Source: Mesotaenium endlicherianum (taxonomy: Eukaryota). From it: 52,296 nt of DNA. Position numbers and translations under genes: made by a program. The stretch covers positions 28,522 to 80,817 of the forward strand of contig WELA01000395.1 of the NCBI GenBank assembly GCA_009602735.1, in the 5' to 3' direction. The notes beneath the pieces are model-generated. The model was given only the letters and a program-made list of their open reading frames with translations. It searched no databases and had not been told where the DNA came from. Positions 26,430-39,890 of this stretch are shown piece after piece. The number at the start of each line of letters is the position of its first letter. Position 1 is the first letter of the stretch.

Positions 26430-27150
26430 TGAAATGAATCGACTTACCAAATAGGCGATTAACAATTAATAAAGATCTTTATATCAGCAAGTAATCTTTA
26501 TGGTATTTTCCGTTAACTGGTTAAACGGCAAAGGACAACACACTAGCAGTGAATAATACTCGTAAGTCAAATGCGAGTAAACTAGCATCAATAATGCAAA
26601 TCAGTAAACTCATACATAAGCAAGGTTAGAAGACAGTGCGTATCAATGGCTTCTCGCCTTGGATTCAGATCTCTCTCAGTAAGCTGTACAAGAGAGTTGG
26701 CCTCGTTTCCGAATGCCGAACTCGAGAGCAATGCCTAGCATATGTACATGGAATGAGTTTACTGTTCAACGGTCAGTGCGATGGCACCGCCTACCCGGGA
26801 GTTAACCACGTTGGTAGGACCTCGGTTAACCAAATCCACCGCCATCTCCCATCATCCCGAATAGCCATCCATCATAGGGATGTCATCTGGCTATTCATCT
26901 AGCATATCGCACTTAGATGCATATCAAGGCAATTCGCTGCTACCGAGTACGGAAGTCAGCTTGCTGTCAAAGAATGTGTCAGCAAGCTGACTTATATGGA
27001 CTTTCAGCCTGCTGCTTTCGACTGAGTCAGCAAACTGATAATTATGTAAAGTCCAGCAGACTGACTATTAACTAAAGTTCAGCAGGCTGAACTTAATTAA
27101 CTATTATATTTAAATGAATATTATATCGACTAATATACTGATTCATTACA
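26430..27150 (-). repeat. C1 5' LTR (721 bp)
   Basis: Direct repeat of 18356-19074; adjacent to the PBS. Confidence 0.95.
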
Positions 27151-27155
27151 CTCAA

Positions 27156-27728
27156 GTTCCTACTACACAAGCTTTTATGGACCAGATGGCCAAGACTTGG
27201 GATATGGCCAAGACGTGTATTCGGAAGGCACAGGAAGAGCAGGTCAAGCATGCTAACAAGCACAGGAGGGAAGTGTTCCATGTGGGCGACAAAGTACTCT
27301 TGTCCACAAAGAACCTACCTTTCACAGGCAAGAGGAAACTGCGGGCACGGTTTACAGGTCCCTTTGTGGTGCTCAAGCAGGTGAATCCAGTGACCTACAA
27401 GTTGGAGCTTCCTTCAAGCTGGCGTATCCATGATGTCTTCCATGTCAGTTAATTGCGGCCATACGTTGACCCAAATGAAGGACATCCAGGACGACTACCT
27501 ACACCGCCACCACCGGTTGAGATCGATGATGTATTGGAGTATGAAGTGGAGGCGATTGTCGGCGATCGACGAGTCAAGCGAGGTCAACGATTTGTCCAAG
27601 AGTATCTGGTCAAGTGGAAAGGCTACCATGCGGACAACAACACTTGGGAGTCAGAGGCCAACTTGACTCATTGTAAGAGTAAGTTGAGACGTTATTTGCA
27701 GAATGCGTCGAGGACGTCGCATCTTTAG
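27156..27728 (+). pseudogene. pol: Element A pol part 3: integrase GPF region and chromodomain
   Basis: RFTGPF..YKLELP..IHDVFHVS, then EYEVEAIV..EYLVKWKGY..NTWE. Confidence 0.9.
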
Positions 27729-27739
27729 GAGGGGGATGA
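27727..27739 (+). promoter_or_regulatory. Element A polypurine tract
   Basis: AGGAGGGGGATGA immediately before the 3' LTR. Confidence 0.85.
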
Positions 27740-28405
27740 TGTAAGGTCATAGGTTTATAAAGTGCATTTTTGAGTTTCATGAAGGTATGTTTTGATTGTA
27801 TAGTAGTATAGAGTGCATTTTTGTGGTCATTTTGATATAAAGTTCATCGAATTTGGTCAAGTATTGAGAGAGTTACGGATTTCTGAAGTTTAATTAGTTT
27901 TGAGGTCGGTTGACGACTGTCCTTAATTCGCGGTGAGCGCGACCGTCGGATTGACCGACAGCGTCGAGCGATCTGGCCCGTTAGAGTGAACTCGAACCTT
28001 CACATAAGTTCGGCTGACGCGGAGTGCCGACTAGGTCGATTTACCTAGAAGTTTCGGTTTAGCCTAGCGCGTCTAAGATAGAATATTCTAGTAATGTCGA
28101 TGCATGTATGTGGACGTCAATTCGGCCCGACACGTCAGATTAGACTGATCTGGCTTACTCACGAATATTCTGGAAGGGACGATTTGACAAACACTTAGGA
28201 AAACCCGTAGCTTCCTCCTAGAGAGGAGCATTTAGGCAGAAAATAATAAATAGGCATAACTTCTTTGTTTCTTATCAGTTTTCACTTCTGTAAATTTCTA
28301 CGGGTTTGTAATGACAAGACCTTTTATCCTACATCATTTGTGAGCAGTTTCTTGCCACTCAAAATGTCAAGTAATTTTCCTAAGCTTTCTTAGCAATATG
28401 CCGCT
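27740..28405 (+). repeat. Element A 3' LTR, first part (resumes at 37230-37328 after C2)
   Basis: Matches 8736 onward until interrupted at CCGCT. Confidence 0.93.
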
Positions 28406-29237
28406 TGAAATGAATCGTCTTACCAAATAGGCAATTAACAATTAATAAAGATCTTTCTAGCAGCAAGTAATCTTTATGGTATTTTCGTTAACTAGTTAAA
28501 CGGCAAAGGACAATACACTAGCAGGGAATAATACTCGTAAGTCAAATGCGAGTAAACTAGCATCAATGATGCAAATCAGTAAACTCATACATAAGCAAGG
28601 TTAGAAGACAGTGCGTATCAATGGTTTCTCGCCTTGGATTCAGATCTCTCTCAGTAAGCTGTACAAGAGAGTTGGCCTCGTTTCCGAATGCCGAACTCGA
28701 GAGCAATGCCTAGCATATGTACATGGAATGAGTTTACTGTTCAACGGTCAGTGCGATGGCACCGCCTACCCGGGAGTTAACCACGTTGGTAGGACCTCGG
28801 TTAACCAAATCCACCGCCATCTCCCATCATCCCGAATAGCCATCCATCATAGGGATGTCATCTGGCTATTCATCTAGCATATCGCACTTAGATGCATATC
28901 AAGGCAGTTCGCTGCTACCGAGTACGGAAGTCAGCTGGCTGTCAAAGAATGGGTCAGCAAGCTGACTTATATGGACTTCAGCCTGCTGCTTCCGACTGAG
29001 TCATCAAACTGATAATTATGTAAAGTCCAGCAGACTGACTATTAACTAAAGTTCAGCAGGCTGAACTTAATTAACTATTATATTTAAATGAATATTATAT
29101 CCACTAATATACTGATTCATTACAATCCCTCCAACTTAACTTGTTGTCGCCTCGACAACATTAAACTGCAGAAATTTTAAATAAGGGAACTGAACCTGAC
29201 CAGCCTCCCTTACTGACTGCCTCTTCAGCGTGTCACC

Positions 29238-30914
29238 TTAAGGGGTTGTTCCTGGGGCTTCAGGGTCAGGAGACGGAGATCTGGACCTAGATCTGGACAG
29301 CCCTCTAGGTCTGTCAGCTGGCCTTCTAAAGAACCCTGTTTGCTCTAAAGTTGGCCCTCGAGGAGAACGGAGGATGGTGGCCTGCTCTTCAACCACTTGG
29401 GTGTTGATTCCCACATAGACAGGCATTCCAGTAGGATGCTGAAATACATTGGCTAGAGGTACATGCCCCTGAGCGGAGGGGGAGGCTGGCATACCTCTGG
29501 CCCACCCGCGTGTCCCTCTTCTGGCACCCCTGTCCTCTGGGGATTTCTGTCTGTGTCTGCTGCCCAGTACAGTCAGATCAGCTTCTTCCCCTGCTTGGGC
29601 AGGTGGGCTGGGGGAGCGAGCGCGGGGTCCAGTTGTCGCCATAACGGGGATCACATTCCAAACACCTGATCGTGGTTCTTTAGGAAGCGCCCCTGCCTGT
29701 CCCTGGGTATCCTGAGTACCTGCTGCTGATGCTTCTCCTCTGCCTTGTTCTTCTTCCTCATCCTCCTCATCCTCCTCCTCGGAGAGAGTAGGGGTCTCGT
29801 CCACTAAGTCGTCCTGCTCCCTAGTAGACATGGAGTAGTCTACCGACCTCCCTTTCTTAGGGCGCGCTGGAGGTTGCTTGGCCTTCAGCCTACTGATATC
29901 TATCCGGCCTGCATTCTTTGCCCATTTGACAAAGGCATGCTTTCCCTTAGAGAAGTACTCTCTTCCCCTCCTCCTATGTTCCTTGGTCTCTGCATTCATA
30001 TTGCTCAGGCATCCATTCAGCCTGGGGTCCCAAGGGGCAATGTGAGGTGGTAGGATGAGATAGCCGTCTAGGCCATAGTGGAAGTCATCCGGTTGGGCTC
30101 GGTCACACTCCTGCTTCTTATTTGTGACGGTCATCCACCTCCAGTCTGTTGGCTGCTGGTAGTACTGGGGTCCGTGCTCAGCCTTCCTCAGTTTACACGG
30201 GAACCAGTGGGGAGAGAACATCTGCTGTCCTGCTTCCCTGGCCAAGTACTCCCAGCTCCTTCTCTCAACTTCATTGTAAGCTGGCAGGAGTGTGAGGTAG
30301 AATACCGTATCCTTAAAGCTATCGGGCCGCATGCTCACCATCCGGATGAGTCTCTGATCTCCCACTATTCCCGGTATGGGGACCGGCTTGTCCTCTGAAT
30401 CATCTGCGAGATACCGGGCCTGCTCTGCTGTATAGCCCACCATCTTAGCATAATCTTCGTAAAGGACCACGCCGGTGTGTGTCTCGATGTACCTGTCCAG
30501 TGCTGTAGCTCCTTCCTTCTGTAGCAGTGTTGTCTGTTCCAGCCTGTTGATCTCCTGGGCTGCCAGCAATGCTTCCTTCAGGTTATCGAAGTTTTGGCCA
30601 CCCACCACAGTATACCTGTAAGTGGCCAAGCTCTTCTGTCTGTCCGCTTCAATCTTTTTTCTTTTCTCCTCTTCTGCCGCTGCCGCTTCTTCTTGCTGTT
30701 TCTTCTGTCTCTCCTCCTCAGCCTTCCTGAGGTTTTCCGCTTCCTGATCCTTCTTCCTCTGTGCCTCTTCTGCCGCCTCTTGTTGTTTGCGGACCCTTTC
30801 TTGTTCTCTCCTGGTGAGGGACGTCGCCGCCAGCTCCTTCTGGTATTGCTCCATTGTCCTCCTGGCTTCTTCTGCCTTGCGCTTTCTGTCCTCCTTTTGT
30901 GTGGTGGGCGCCAT
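29238..30914 (-). CDS. C2 ORF3, unknown protein
   Basis: Same translation as C1 ORF3. Confidence 0.85.
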   Translation of the reverse strand: MAPTTQKEDRKRKAEEARRTMEQYQKELAATSLTRREQERVRKQQEAAEEAQRKKDQEAENLRKAEEERQKKQQEEAAAAEEEKRKKIEADRQKSLATYRYTVVGGQNFDNLKEALLAAQEINRLEQTTLLQKEGATALDRYIETHTGVVLYEDYAKMVGYTAEQARYLADDSEDKPVPIPGIVGDQRLIRMVSMRPDSFKDTVFYLTLLPAYNEVERRSWEYLAREAGQQMFSPHWFPCKLRKAEHGPQYYQQPTDWRWMTVTNKKQECDRAQPDDFHYGLDGYLILPPHIAPWDPRLNGCLSNMNAETKEHRRRGREYFSKGKHAFVKWAKNAGRIDISRLKAKQPPARPKKGRSVDYSMSTREQDDLVDETPTLSEEEDEEDEEEEQGRGEASAAGTQDTQGQAGALPKEPRSGVWNVIPVMATTGPRARSPSPPAQAGEEADLTVLGSRHRQKSPEDRGARRGTRGWARGMPASPSAQGHVPLANVFQHPTGMPVYVGINTQVVEEQATILRSPRGPTLEQTGFFRRPADRPRGLSRSRSRSPSPDPEAPGTTP

Positions 30915-31181
30915 CCTGCACATGTAACCAGGGCACAAGTTAGTAGGATATGGACCTTTGTCATAGGGATTGCAGGAAGTATGTTAGTATTTAGTATAGT
31001 GGCTTCGCTGCTGTTTACCTTACAGGATGATTGCTAAAAGTTGACGTAGTTGCGATGCGCTACACATAAACGTATGAGTGTGTTTTTATCGCTCTCGCTC
31101 ACTAACTGTCATATATTTTCCCCTCCAACTTAAATGGAGACAGGACCGCCTGTCACCTTCCCGTGTCAACTGAAATGACAG

Positions 31182-34100
31182 TTATGGAGGGACTCCAGCG
31201 GCCCGAAGGTGGAACCGTGTCAACGCCCCTTTGGCATTGGTCAAGTGGTCCTTAAACTCCCAAGTGTCCCCAGAGGCATCGTAACCCTTCCATCGAATGA
31301 GGTATTTCATGACATATTTAGACGATCGACGGACCGAGCGAGCGTCTAAAATCTCATCGACCTCATATTCCTCAGGGTCGCCGTCCCGGACAGCGGGGAC
31401 CGGTCCCGGTTGGACAGGGAACCGACCTGTGAACAGTGTATCACCTTTGATGTACGGTTCCAGGAAGGAGACATTAAAGACCGGGTGCCCCTTGTATTCA
31501 GCTGACATGTTCAGTTTGTAAGCATTCTGACCGACACGACGGACCACCGAATATGGACCGACCCAGACAGGGCCAAGCTTTTTCTTGACCACACCAGGGA
31601 GGTACAGGTGCTGAGAATGCAGTTTGACTAAATCCCCCTTGGAAAATGTCAGTTCCCGACGGTGTTGATTAGCGTATTTTTGTTGGTTTTCTTGGGCCGT
31701 GTGCAAGTTTCGTTGGACTTCTGACAGGGTGTCAGCAAACTCCTGAGTTAACTGGAGGGAGACCGGGTTGTCAATCCCTTCAGGGTGAGTTAAAGATTCC
31801 CCTAGCACATCTAGAGGAGACTTAGGGACTCTACCCAGGCTGAGTTCAAAAGGAGTTTTGCCCGTTGACGCGTGCACCGCACTGTTGACCGCAAACTGAA
31901 TTTGAGGCAACAGGTCATCCCAATTATCTTGTTTTTGGTTAATATATGCTCTCAGCACCTCCTGCAGAACTCGGTTAGTTCTTTCAGTCTGCCCATCAGT
32001 CTGAGGGTGGTTTGCTGTGCTGAGCAGCTGTTTGACTCCCATTAACCCCATTAAAGCTCTCCAGAACTTAGAGGTGAATTTTGAGTCTCTGTCTGAGATG
32101 ATATTAGAAGGGAGCCCATGTTGGCATACTACATGGTTGTAAAACTGTCTCGCTGTTTCGAGTGCAGTCACTTTGACAGTTGTGGGGATAAAAATGACCA
32201 TTTTTGTCAGTTTATCCACGACTACCAGTATTGAATCATGCCCGTTGGCAGTTCTTGGTAGTGAGACCACCCAGTCCATGGATATAGTTTCCCAGCGTCC
32301 CGCTGGGATGGGTAGCGGTTGCAAGAGACCTCCGGGTGGTGTGTGCCGAGACTTATTTCTCTGACACTGGTCACAGGACTTGACATATTTCAAGACCTCC
32401 CGGGGTAACCCCTCCCAATGATAATGTTTTGCCAGTTTGCCAACAGTTTTGGCCTGCCCCAAATGTCCACCCAGGAGACTGTCATGAGCTTGACTCAGTA
32501 AGAGAGACCTTATTTCCAAGTTATTAGGAATGACCAGCTTCAGCCTGCCTGAAGTGGTTTCAGTCACCCAGACCCCTCCCTTGAGCTTATACCCGAGTGC
32601 AGTAGCACGACACACACCAGTAGTGGGGCTGGGCTCAAATGTTGGGTCAGAAAGGTAGGCTTTCCTAAGTTGTTCAAGGAAGGACTTTTTCACCTTTAGT
32701 GAAGTGAGTGCACACAGGACTTTATCTACAGCATGCTGACTAAAGTTCCTTTCTTGCAAGTCAGGTCTTCTAGAGAGTGCATCAGCAGGATTCAACTTCC
32801 CTGGTTTGTAGTCGATCTGGACTTGGAACTGCTCCAGCATCTGGCTCCAGCGGTTCTCCCTCCTCGACAGCTTGGACTTCTTCTGAAAGTGGGTCAGAGC
32901 TAGATGATCTGTAATCACCTTAAAAGCTTTACCATGTAAGTATGCTCTCCACTGTTTGAGTACATGAATGATAGCTAGCAGCTCTTTATCATGCACTGAG
33001 TAATTAATCTCCGCTGGATTAAATTTCATAGACTCATACAACACAGGATGCCACTCCTGCCGTACCTTACCATCCTTTGTGGTTTTGTCAGCAGGCTGCA
33101 ACAAAATAGCACCCATGGCAAAATCAGAGGCATCAGTAACCACCTGCACCGGTTTGCTGGGGTCATACACGGCTAGCACTGGGGCAGAACAAAGGGCATC
33201 TTTAAGGGTCTGGAAGGCAGCCTGCTGCTCTTCCCCCCACACATACCCGATGTCTTTCTTAGTAAGGTCAGTCAGTTTACTGGCCTTTGTGGAATAATTC
33301 TCAATAAATCTCCTATAGTAGTTAGCCAACCCGAGGAAGGATCTAACTTCAGAGACAGACTGTGGTACTGGCCAGTCCCTTATGGTCTGGACTTTCTTAG
33401 GATCCACACTGATGCCCTCTTTACTGACAACGTGGCCTAAGAATTCAATACTTTCCTTAAAGAAATCACACTTGCTCATTTTAGCATACAAGTGATTTTT
33501 CCGCAGAGTGTCCAGCACTTTCTTTAAGTGTTCAGTGTGCTGAGCTTCATCTTTAGAGAAAATTAAAATATCATCCAGGAAAACTTGCACAAACTTATCC
33601 AAATAAGGTCTGAAAATGTCATTCATAGCACCCATAAAGGTAGCAGGAGCATTAGTCAGTCCAAATGGCATCACGTTGAACTCATAGTGTCCATAACGTG
33701 TGCGGAAAGCAGTCTTGTGTTCATCCCCCTCAGCAATTCTGATTTGATGATAACCACTCTTGAGATCTATCTTACTGAACACCTTAGCGCCAGACAGGGT
33801 ATCAAGCAAGTCCTCGATTCTGGGTAAAGCATACTTGTTCTTTACTGTAATTCTGTTCAGGGCTCTGTAATCCACACACATCCGCATACTGCCATCCTTT
33901 TTCTTAACAAATAGGATAGGTGCGCCGTACGGTGATTTACTGGGAGAAATGTAACCATTTTCCTCCAGCTCTGCAATCTGTGTTTTCAACTCCTCGCTCT
34001 CCAAATAAGACAAGCCATAAGTGCGTTGCCAGGGTGGCTGGCTACCAGGTAATAGATCAATCCTATGATCTACTTCCCTTTTAGGGGGTAGTCCTGGAGG

Positions 34101-34898
34101 CATGTTAAACACATCAGTGTACTGAGCAACAATTTTTGCAGCAGTAGGGTGCTCCGGAGGGCTTACCTTTTTCTCAACCACTTCTTCAGGTTGAGGAGGT
34201 ACCTCTCTTAGCAGCAGACAGAACATTCTGTCTTCCTTCTGGTTCCAGCTTTTGACGAACTCCATTGCATTCAGCAACTTGCATCCTTCTGGAAGCCTCT
34301 TCTTTTCCTTCATTTGCCATCCACACAGGACAAGAGGAAGAGCACTGGTGGGTGCCAAGTCAGTCTGCCCATCACTGGCTCCTCTCACTTTAACTGTACC
34401 TCTGCTCCAACACACTTCAGCTTGATGTCTATTAAGCCAGGACCTGCCTAGCACGAGATCATAAAAGCCAGTGTTGAGTACCTCAAATGTAAGCGTTTCA
34501 GTTAGAACTGCAATGCCAGAACCTAACTGGACCTCAATAGGCTTGGTTATAACTCCTCCCGGGATACTTGAGGCATCTCCAAGGAATATTTTTCTATTCC
34601 CTTGGGTGACAGTAGGCAGCCTTAGCCGCTTAACTAAGTCCTTGTGAATAAAAGTATGTGACGCCCCTCCGTCAACAAATGCCCTCACCTTCCTACCTGC
34701 AATCATGCAATGCAGTAGGATAGGGGGGACTGTCTTTTCCTGACTTTCGCATTGTTCTCCTGACGTAGCAAAGAAATGTTGGACATCAGGTGGAACAAGA
34801 GCATCCAGAGTGTGCACTCTCTGGACGTCTATATTACTGATGGTCTCCTTTATCTGTTTGTCAGGCATGCATAGTGAATCCAGTTCAGCAGGACCCAT
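31182..34898 (-). CDS. pol: C2 Pol (PR-RT-RH-IN-chromodomain)
   Basis: Same translation as C1 Pol. Confidence 0.97.
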   Translation of the reverse strand: MGPAELDSLCMPDKQIKETISNIDVQRVHTLDALVPPDVQHFFATSGEQCESQEKTVPPILLHCMIAGRKVRAFVDGGASHTFIHKDLVKRLRLPTVTQGNRKIFLGDASSIPGGVITKPIEVQLGSGIAVLTETLTFEVLNTGFYDLVLGRSWLNRHQAEVCWSRGTVKVRGASDGQTDLAPTSALPLVLCGWQMKEKKRLPEGCKLLNAMEFVKSWNQKEDRMFCLLLREVPPQPEEVVEKKVSPPEHPTAAKIVAQYTDVFNMPPGLPPKREVDHRIDLLPGSQPPWQRTYGLSYLESEELKTQIAELEENGYISPSKSPYGAPILFVKKKDGSMRMCVDYRALNRITVKNKYALPRIEDLLDTLSGAKVFSKIDLKSGYHQIRIAEGDEHKTAFRTRYGHYEFNVMPFGLTNAPATFMGAMNDIFRPYLDKFVQVFLDDILIFSKDEAQHTEHLKKVLDTLRKNHLYAKMSKCDFFKESIEFLGHVVSKEGISVDPKKVQTIRDWPVPQSVSEVRSFLGLANYYRRFIENYSTKASKLTDLTKKDIGYVWGEEQQAAFQTLKDALCSAPVLAVYDPSKPVQVVTDASDFAMGAILLQPADKTTKDGKVRQEWHPVLYESMKFNPAEINYSVHDKELLAIIHVLKQWRAYLHGKAFKVITDHLALTHFQKKSKLSRRENRWSQMLEQFQVQIDYKPGKLNPADALSRRPDLQERNFSQHAVDKVLCALTSLKVKKSFLEQLRKAYLSDPTFEPSPTTGVCRATALGYKLKGGVWVTETTSGRLKLVIPNNLEIRSLLLSQAHDSLLGGHLGQAKTVGKLAKHYHWEGLPREVLKYVKSCDQCQRNKSRHTPPGGLLQPLPIPAGRWETISMDWVVSLPRTANGHDSILVVVDKLTKMVIFIPTTVKVTALETARQFYNHVVCQHGLPSNIISDRDSKFTSKFWRALMGLMGVKQLLSTANHPQTDGQTERTNRVLQEVLRAYINQKQDNWDDLLPQIQFAVNSAVHASTGKTPFELSLGRVPKSPLDVLGESLTHPEGIDNPVSLQLTQEFADTLSEVQRNLHTAQENQQKYANQHRRELTFSKGDLVKLHSQHLYLPGVVKKKLGPVWVGPYSVVRRVGQNAYKLNMSAEYKGHPVFNVSFLEPYIKGDTLFTGRFPVQPGPVPAVRDGDPEEYEVDEILDARSVRRSSKYVMKYLIRWKGYDASGDTWEFKDHLTNAKGALTRFHLRAAGVPP

Positions 34899-34966
34899 AA
34901 TACCTGCTACGAGGGCAGCTAGTGACGACTCACTATCTCTAGCATCCTCACAGTCAGTAGACTGGA

Positions 34967-36445
34967 TTACTGACTGTTGCTGTCTTTTAAAGGCTGGTCT
35001 TTTCTCTCGACCTTAGGCAGGTGCTTGACCGGACACTGTTCTCTGTAGTGGCCTTTCTGCTGACAATGGTAGCAAGTAGATTTTGCTGAGGCTGGTCTCG
35101 GCTTAGTCCTACCACCACCCCTTCCATAGCCACCTCGAGAGGGACCACCTCTACCTCTAGACTGAATAGCATTGTACTCATACTCATATTCATCACCCTG
35201 ATTATCCTCAGCCTGGTCTCCTTCAACTGCATTGTAGGAACCGTGGGGCTTTTTGACAATCTTAGACACCAAAGCGTTACTCTGGCGCTTGTGATTGAAC
35301 TGCTGCTGATCCCAGGCGTCAGCATCCTGGATCAAGTCAGCCAGTTTCTCATACTTTTTCTCAGCAAAATGACCAGAGACCTCGGATTTCAAGCCATACC
35401 TGAAGTATGCTATCCTATACCGTTCTGGCAAATCAGGCTGCTTCATCATGTTCTCTTGGAACTTTTGAGCAAACTCAGCAACTGAAGTGGTCTGCTTCAG
35501 TGTCAGGGAGATCATCGCATAGATAGCTTTCTCCTGCTGGTTGATGACATCAAACTTCTCATGCAACTTCTCGACAAACTCTACCCACGTAGGGTCACCG
35601 AGTTGCCGAGCCTTACGCTCTTCCTTCCAGTAAAGCCACCAGTCTGCGGCACTGCCTTTCAGTAGCGCACCGGTGTGCCTGACCTTCTCGTAATCTTGCA
35701 GTTCTGGGTAGTTCTCCAGCCACTGCTCAACATCCGCGAGAAACTTGATCAGGTAATATTTTCTGTTTCCCTCAGGATCATAGTCCTGGGGAGGTTTCGG
35801 CTTGGGCTTACTAGGCCCTCGGCCACCACCACTAGTGGTGTGAGACCCCAGTTGGTCTCTGTCCCGGAGTAGGGACATTATGATTCTTTTGTCCTCCTGC
35901 TGGGACTGATACATGGTCGCCATTTGCGACTGCATCTGAACGAACAATGCTCCCAAGTCTACATTTTGGGGTGGTAGATTAGCAAATGCAGCAGCAGCAT
36001 TGGCATCTACTCGCTGAGTAGTGTCCTCAACAATCCCTCTTGCTCCTGCAGCAGCAATTCCTGCCGCATTCAGCCGGTCACGTATTTGACCTAGGGGTAC
36101 ATTGAGTTGTACGGCAGGAGGTGGGTTCAGAACATTGGCCCTTGATGCCATAAGTTCTTCAACAGTGCGCTCGTCAGCTGGCTGTCCTTCCCTCCTTTGT
36201 ATATCTTCAGCGGCCTTTGCTACTTGTTCAGCTTCTAGTCTGGCTATCTCCTCCTCAGCTTGCTGAGCTGCGACTGAGGCAATAGCAGCTGCCTCATCTG
36301 CAGCCTCCCTAGCTGCAGTATCCGCTACTGCTTCCGAATAGGTACGGTTTCCCGCTACATGGCTTTCCGCCTGGTTTTCGACATTCTCGTTATCCTGGTT
36401 CTCCATGTCTCGGGAGTTGCTAGTTTGAGACCTTGTCCTTACCAT
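34967..36445 (-). CDS. gag: C2 Gag
   Basis: Same translation as C1 Gag. Confidence 0.95.
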   Translation of the reverse strand: MVRTRSQTSNSRDMENQDNENVENQAESHVAGNRTYSEAVADTAAREAADEAAAIASVAAQQAEEEIARLEAEQVAKAAEDIQRREGQPADERTVEELMASRANVLNPPPAVQLNVPLGQIRDRLNAAGIAAAGARGIVEDTTQRVDANAAAAFANLPPQNVDLGALFVQMQSQMATMYQSQQEDKRIIMSLLRDRDQLGSHTTSGGGRGPSKPKPKPPQDYDPEGNRKYYLIKFLADVEQWLENYPELQDYEKVRHTGALLKGSAADWWLYWKEERKARQLGDPTWVEFVEKLHEKFDVINQQEKAIYAMISLTLKQTTSVAEFAQKFQENMMKQPDLPERYRIAYFRYGLKSEVSGHFAEKKYEKLADLIQDADAWDQQQFNHKRQSNALVSKIVKKPHGSYNAVEGDQAEDNQGDEYEYEYNAIQSRGRGGPSRGGYGRGGGRTKPRPASAKSTCYHCQQKGHYREQCPVKHLPKVERKDQPLKDSNSQ

Positions 36446-38098
36446 ACAAAGAAGACTGTGATAACTGCTCCGATACCACTGAAATGAATCGTCTTACCAA
36501 ATAGGCGATTTACAATTAATAAAGATCTTTCTATCAGCAAGTAATCTTTATGGTATTTCCGTTAACTAGTTAAACGGCAAAGGACAATACACTAGCAGGG
36601 AATAATACTCGTAAGTCAAATGCGAGTAAACTAGCATCAATGATGCAAATCAGTAAACTCATACATAAGCAAGGTTAGAAGACAGTGCGTATCAATGGCT
36701 TCTCGCCTTGGATTCAGATCTCTCTCAGTAAGCTGTACAAGAGAGTTGGCCTCGTTTCCGAATGCCGAACTCGAGAGCAATGCCTAGCATATGTACATGG
36801 AATGAGTTTACTGTTCAACGGTCAGTGCGATGGCACCGCCTACCCGGGAGTTAACCACGTTGGTAGGACCTCGGTTAACCAAATCCACCGCCATCTCCCA
36901 TCATCCCGAATAGCCATCCATCATGGGGATGTCATCTGGCCATTCATCTAGCAGGTGGTACTTAGATGCATATCAAGGCAGTTCGCTGCTACCGAGCACG
37001 GAAGTCAGTTGGCTGTCAAAGAATGTGTCAGCAAGCTGACTTAAGTTGACTTCAGCCTGCTGCTTTTGGCCGAGTCATTAAACTGATAATTATGTAAAGT
37101 CCAGCAGCCTGATTATTAACTAAAGTTCAGCAGACTGACTACTAACGAAAGTTCAGCAGGCTGAACTAAATTAATTATTATATTTAAATGAATATTATAT
37201 CTACTAATATACTGATTCATTACACCGCTGCACTCTTGAGTATAACTGCAACTAGCTTTGTTCCTCGTGAGTCACTACGGCACTTTGCCCCTAGGGCACT
37301 TTTCCACTAGGGCACTTTGCCCCTTTCATAAAGCATAACACCTACAATGGAAGTGCAAGGAAACAACTGATATACATGCAAGATCCAAAAAATTGGAAAA
37401 ACCTCATGGCAATAAGTTTGCGGAATGGGATTGTGGCTTCGAAAAAGATGACAATAACGAAGATGCGATACGAGTAGAATAAAATGAGATATAAATTTAC
37501 TAAAAAGTAGGATGCACAACTTGAGCAAGTTGCACACGCGGGAAGATATCAGCCTGTGGCATAAAAGCAAAATATGGCAACCGTAAAGTCAAATGTCATG
37601 CAAACGACGTAAGAAAGCAAGCCAAAAAGACAAAGTAAGGACAACAAAAGTGGGGGTATGAAAAAGTTTGCACCCGAACTACCCAATGAGGACGAGCTAC
37701 GAGGAAGAAGCGAGAGAGCGGATGAGGCCCCCGGATCTTGTGCGACCAGATGACGAGCTGTGAAGCCAGATGGCAAAGAAGTCAAAAGCAGTTGTTCTGT
37801 ATTGAGTTGGCCGAGAGCGTAAGCACGCATGTAATCAGAGGTCATAAAAAGAACTCAATCAAGTTTGCTCAGCCTGAGAGCTTAAACTATGAAGCTAAAT
37901 CTCTCCAATGGGAAGCGAGAACCCGAGAGCGGATGAAATGTTATCGAGCATGTTGGGCCAAAGTGAGCATACATCAACAAGTCCAAAAAACCTTGTGAAC
38001 AGGAGCGAGAAGAAACCGTCCTCAACCGGTCTGAGTGTGAGATGTGTAAAGGCAAAAGAATCCCATGCAGGACCTTTAGCAACCATAACAAGCTCAAC

Positions 38099-38840
38099 TG
38101 AAAGGGGTAGGGTGCCCTAGTGGAAGCGTAGTGACTCACGAGGAAAGGAACTAGTTGCAATCATACTAAAGAGTGCAGCGGCATATCACTAAGAAAGCTT
38201 AGGAAAAACACTCAATATTTTGCTCCCAAATGATGTAGGATAAAAGGCCTTGTCATTACAAACGCATAGAAACTTACAGAAGTGAAAACTGATAAAGAAA
38301 TGAAGTAGTTATGTCTATTTATAATTTTCTACGTCGGCCGCTCGCCCCTAGGCAGGAGGGCCGCTTAGCAACGGATTTTCCTAAGTGTTTGTCAAATCGT
38401 CCTTCCCAGAATATTCGTGAGAAAGCCAGATCAGTCTCATCTGACGTGTCGGGCCGATTTGACGTCCACATACATGCATCGACATTACTAGAATATTCTA
38501 TCTTAGACGCGCTAGGCTAATTCGAAACTTCTAGGTAAATCGACCTAGTCGGCACTCCGCGTCAGCCGAACTTACGTGAAGGTTCGAATTCACTCTAACG
38601 GCCCAGATCGCTCGACGCTGTCGCTCAATCCGACGGTCGCGCTCACCGCGAATTAAGGACAGTCGTCAACCAACCTCAAAACTAATTTAAACTTTGGAAA
38701 TTCATAACTCTCTCAATACTTAACCAAATTCGATAAACTTTACATTAAAATGACACCAAAGATACACTCTACACTTCTATGTAATCAAAACATACTTTTA
38801 AGGAACTCAAAAATGCACTTTATAAACCTATGACCTTACA
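38099..38840 (-). mobile_element. Solo LTR of family A (742 bp)
   Basis: Reverse complement of the A LTR, more diverged; flanked by 5-bp TSD TCAAC (38094-38098, 38841-38845); no PBS or PPT beside it. Confidence 0.92.
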
Positions 38841-39155
38841 TCAACCAAATGTAATTAACCCTGAGTGAATTTGCCCAAATGCGAGCGGAGCCTAACTTCC
38901 AATGAAAGTAAGTTTTGTGAGCGGGAGAAGATCAAAGAGCTCAACCACCCAAGAGCCTGAAGATGAATCAATTGAGCGAAAAGCTCGAGAACAGGAAGTG
39001 AACCACTTGAAACGTAGTAGCAGCCCATCTAGATCTTTGGGCTAATCCAGCCCAAGAACATGAACCTCAAATAGAACAAGGGATGGAGCTAAAGACGAAA
39101 AAGGTCAAGATCGGCAACAAAATCCAATGAGCGTACGTAATATGAGAAAAGCAAG

Positions 39156-39890
39156 GGAAAAATTATAAAAGCTCTACTTGAAGTTCACTTCATACAAAAT
39201 CCTCTACTACTTTCAAAATAATTACAAAACTTCTACCAGCACATATAAGGCTATGCCACGTGGGCCTTACGCAAATTATGACGTGCCACACGAATTCGCA
39301 CGCGATCCTACCTAACACACCAATCTATCTCTTTCGTTTTGATTTTTTTCACACCACTTTTCTAAATGACCCACCTTCACGAACCAAACTCCCCAAGGAC
39401 GTTATAGTGTGTTCGCAAATTTGCGAAGAATGGTCAAGAGAGGGGAGAGGAGTCAGGGAGGCCCTAGCGAGCTCCTGTCGTGTGGCGAGCAACTCAATGG
39501 TGAGCAGTAGCGTAGCAAGTTAACTCACAACGATCGAACAAGCTCGGTTACATGCGAAATTCTGAAGCGAGTACGAGAGCGTGCAGGCCGAGCTTAGAGC
39601 ACCCCAGCAAGCTGCTGCACTATACAATATAGTAAGGAAATTAGCGGCAAGAGGTTGGGGAAGTTTGGTTTGTGAAGGTGGGTCAGTTAGAAAGTGGATG
39701 TGGAAAATTCTGGTAACAAAAGAGATGAATTGGTGTGTCAGGTAGGGTCGCGTGCGATTTTGTGTGGCACGTCATTTATTCGCGTAAGGCCTACATGGAA
39801 TAGCCTTACATGTGCTGGTAGGAGCATTGTAGTTGGTTTGATAGTAAAAGGGATTTTCTAATAGAATGAATTTCAAGTAGGAATTTTTCC
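39156..39890. mobile_element. Mutator-like (MULE) MITE, 735 bp, with long imperfect TIRs
   Basis: About 240-bp inverted arms (39156-39396 vs 39655-39890) starting GGAAAAATT / ending AATTTTTCC; 9-bp TSD AAAAGCAAG / AAAAGTAAG (1 mismatch). Confidence 0.8.

Larger units (their letters stand above)
18356..27150 (-). mobile_element. Ty3/gypsy chromovirus family 'C', copy C1 (intact, carries extra ORF3)
   Basis: TSD CTCAA (18351-18355, 27151-27155); LTRs 18356-19074 and 26430-27150; PBS 26417-26428; intact gag, pol and ORF3. Confidence 0.97.
28406..37224 (-). mobile_element. Family C copy C2 (intact), inserted in the 3' LTR of A
   Basis: TSD CCGCT (28401-28405, 37225-37229); LTRs 28406-29124 (719 bp) and 36480-37224 (745 bp); PBS 36467-36478. 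Confidence 0.97.
8736..37328 (+). mobile_element. Ty3/gypsy chromovirus 'A', full-length but decayed, interrupted by B, C1 and C2
   Basis: TG...CA termini, 5-bp TSD TAAAG (8731-8735, 37329-37333), paired LTRs, PBS, PPT, and gag-PR-RT-RH-IN-chromodomain order. Confidence 0.95.
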
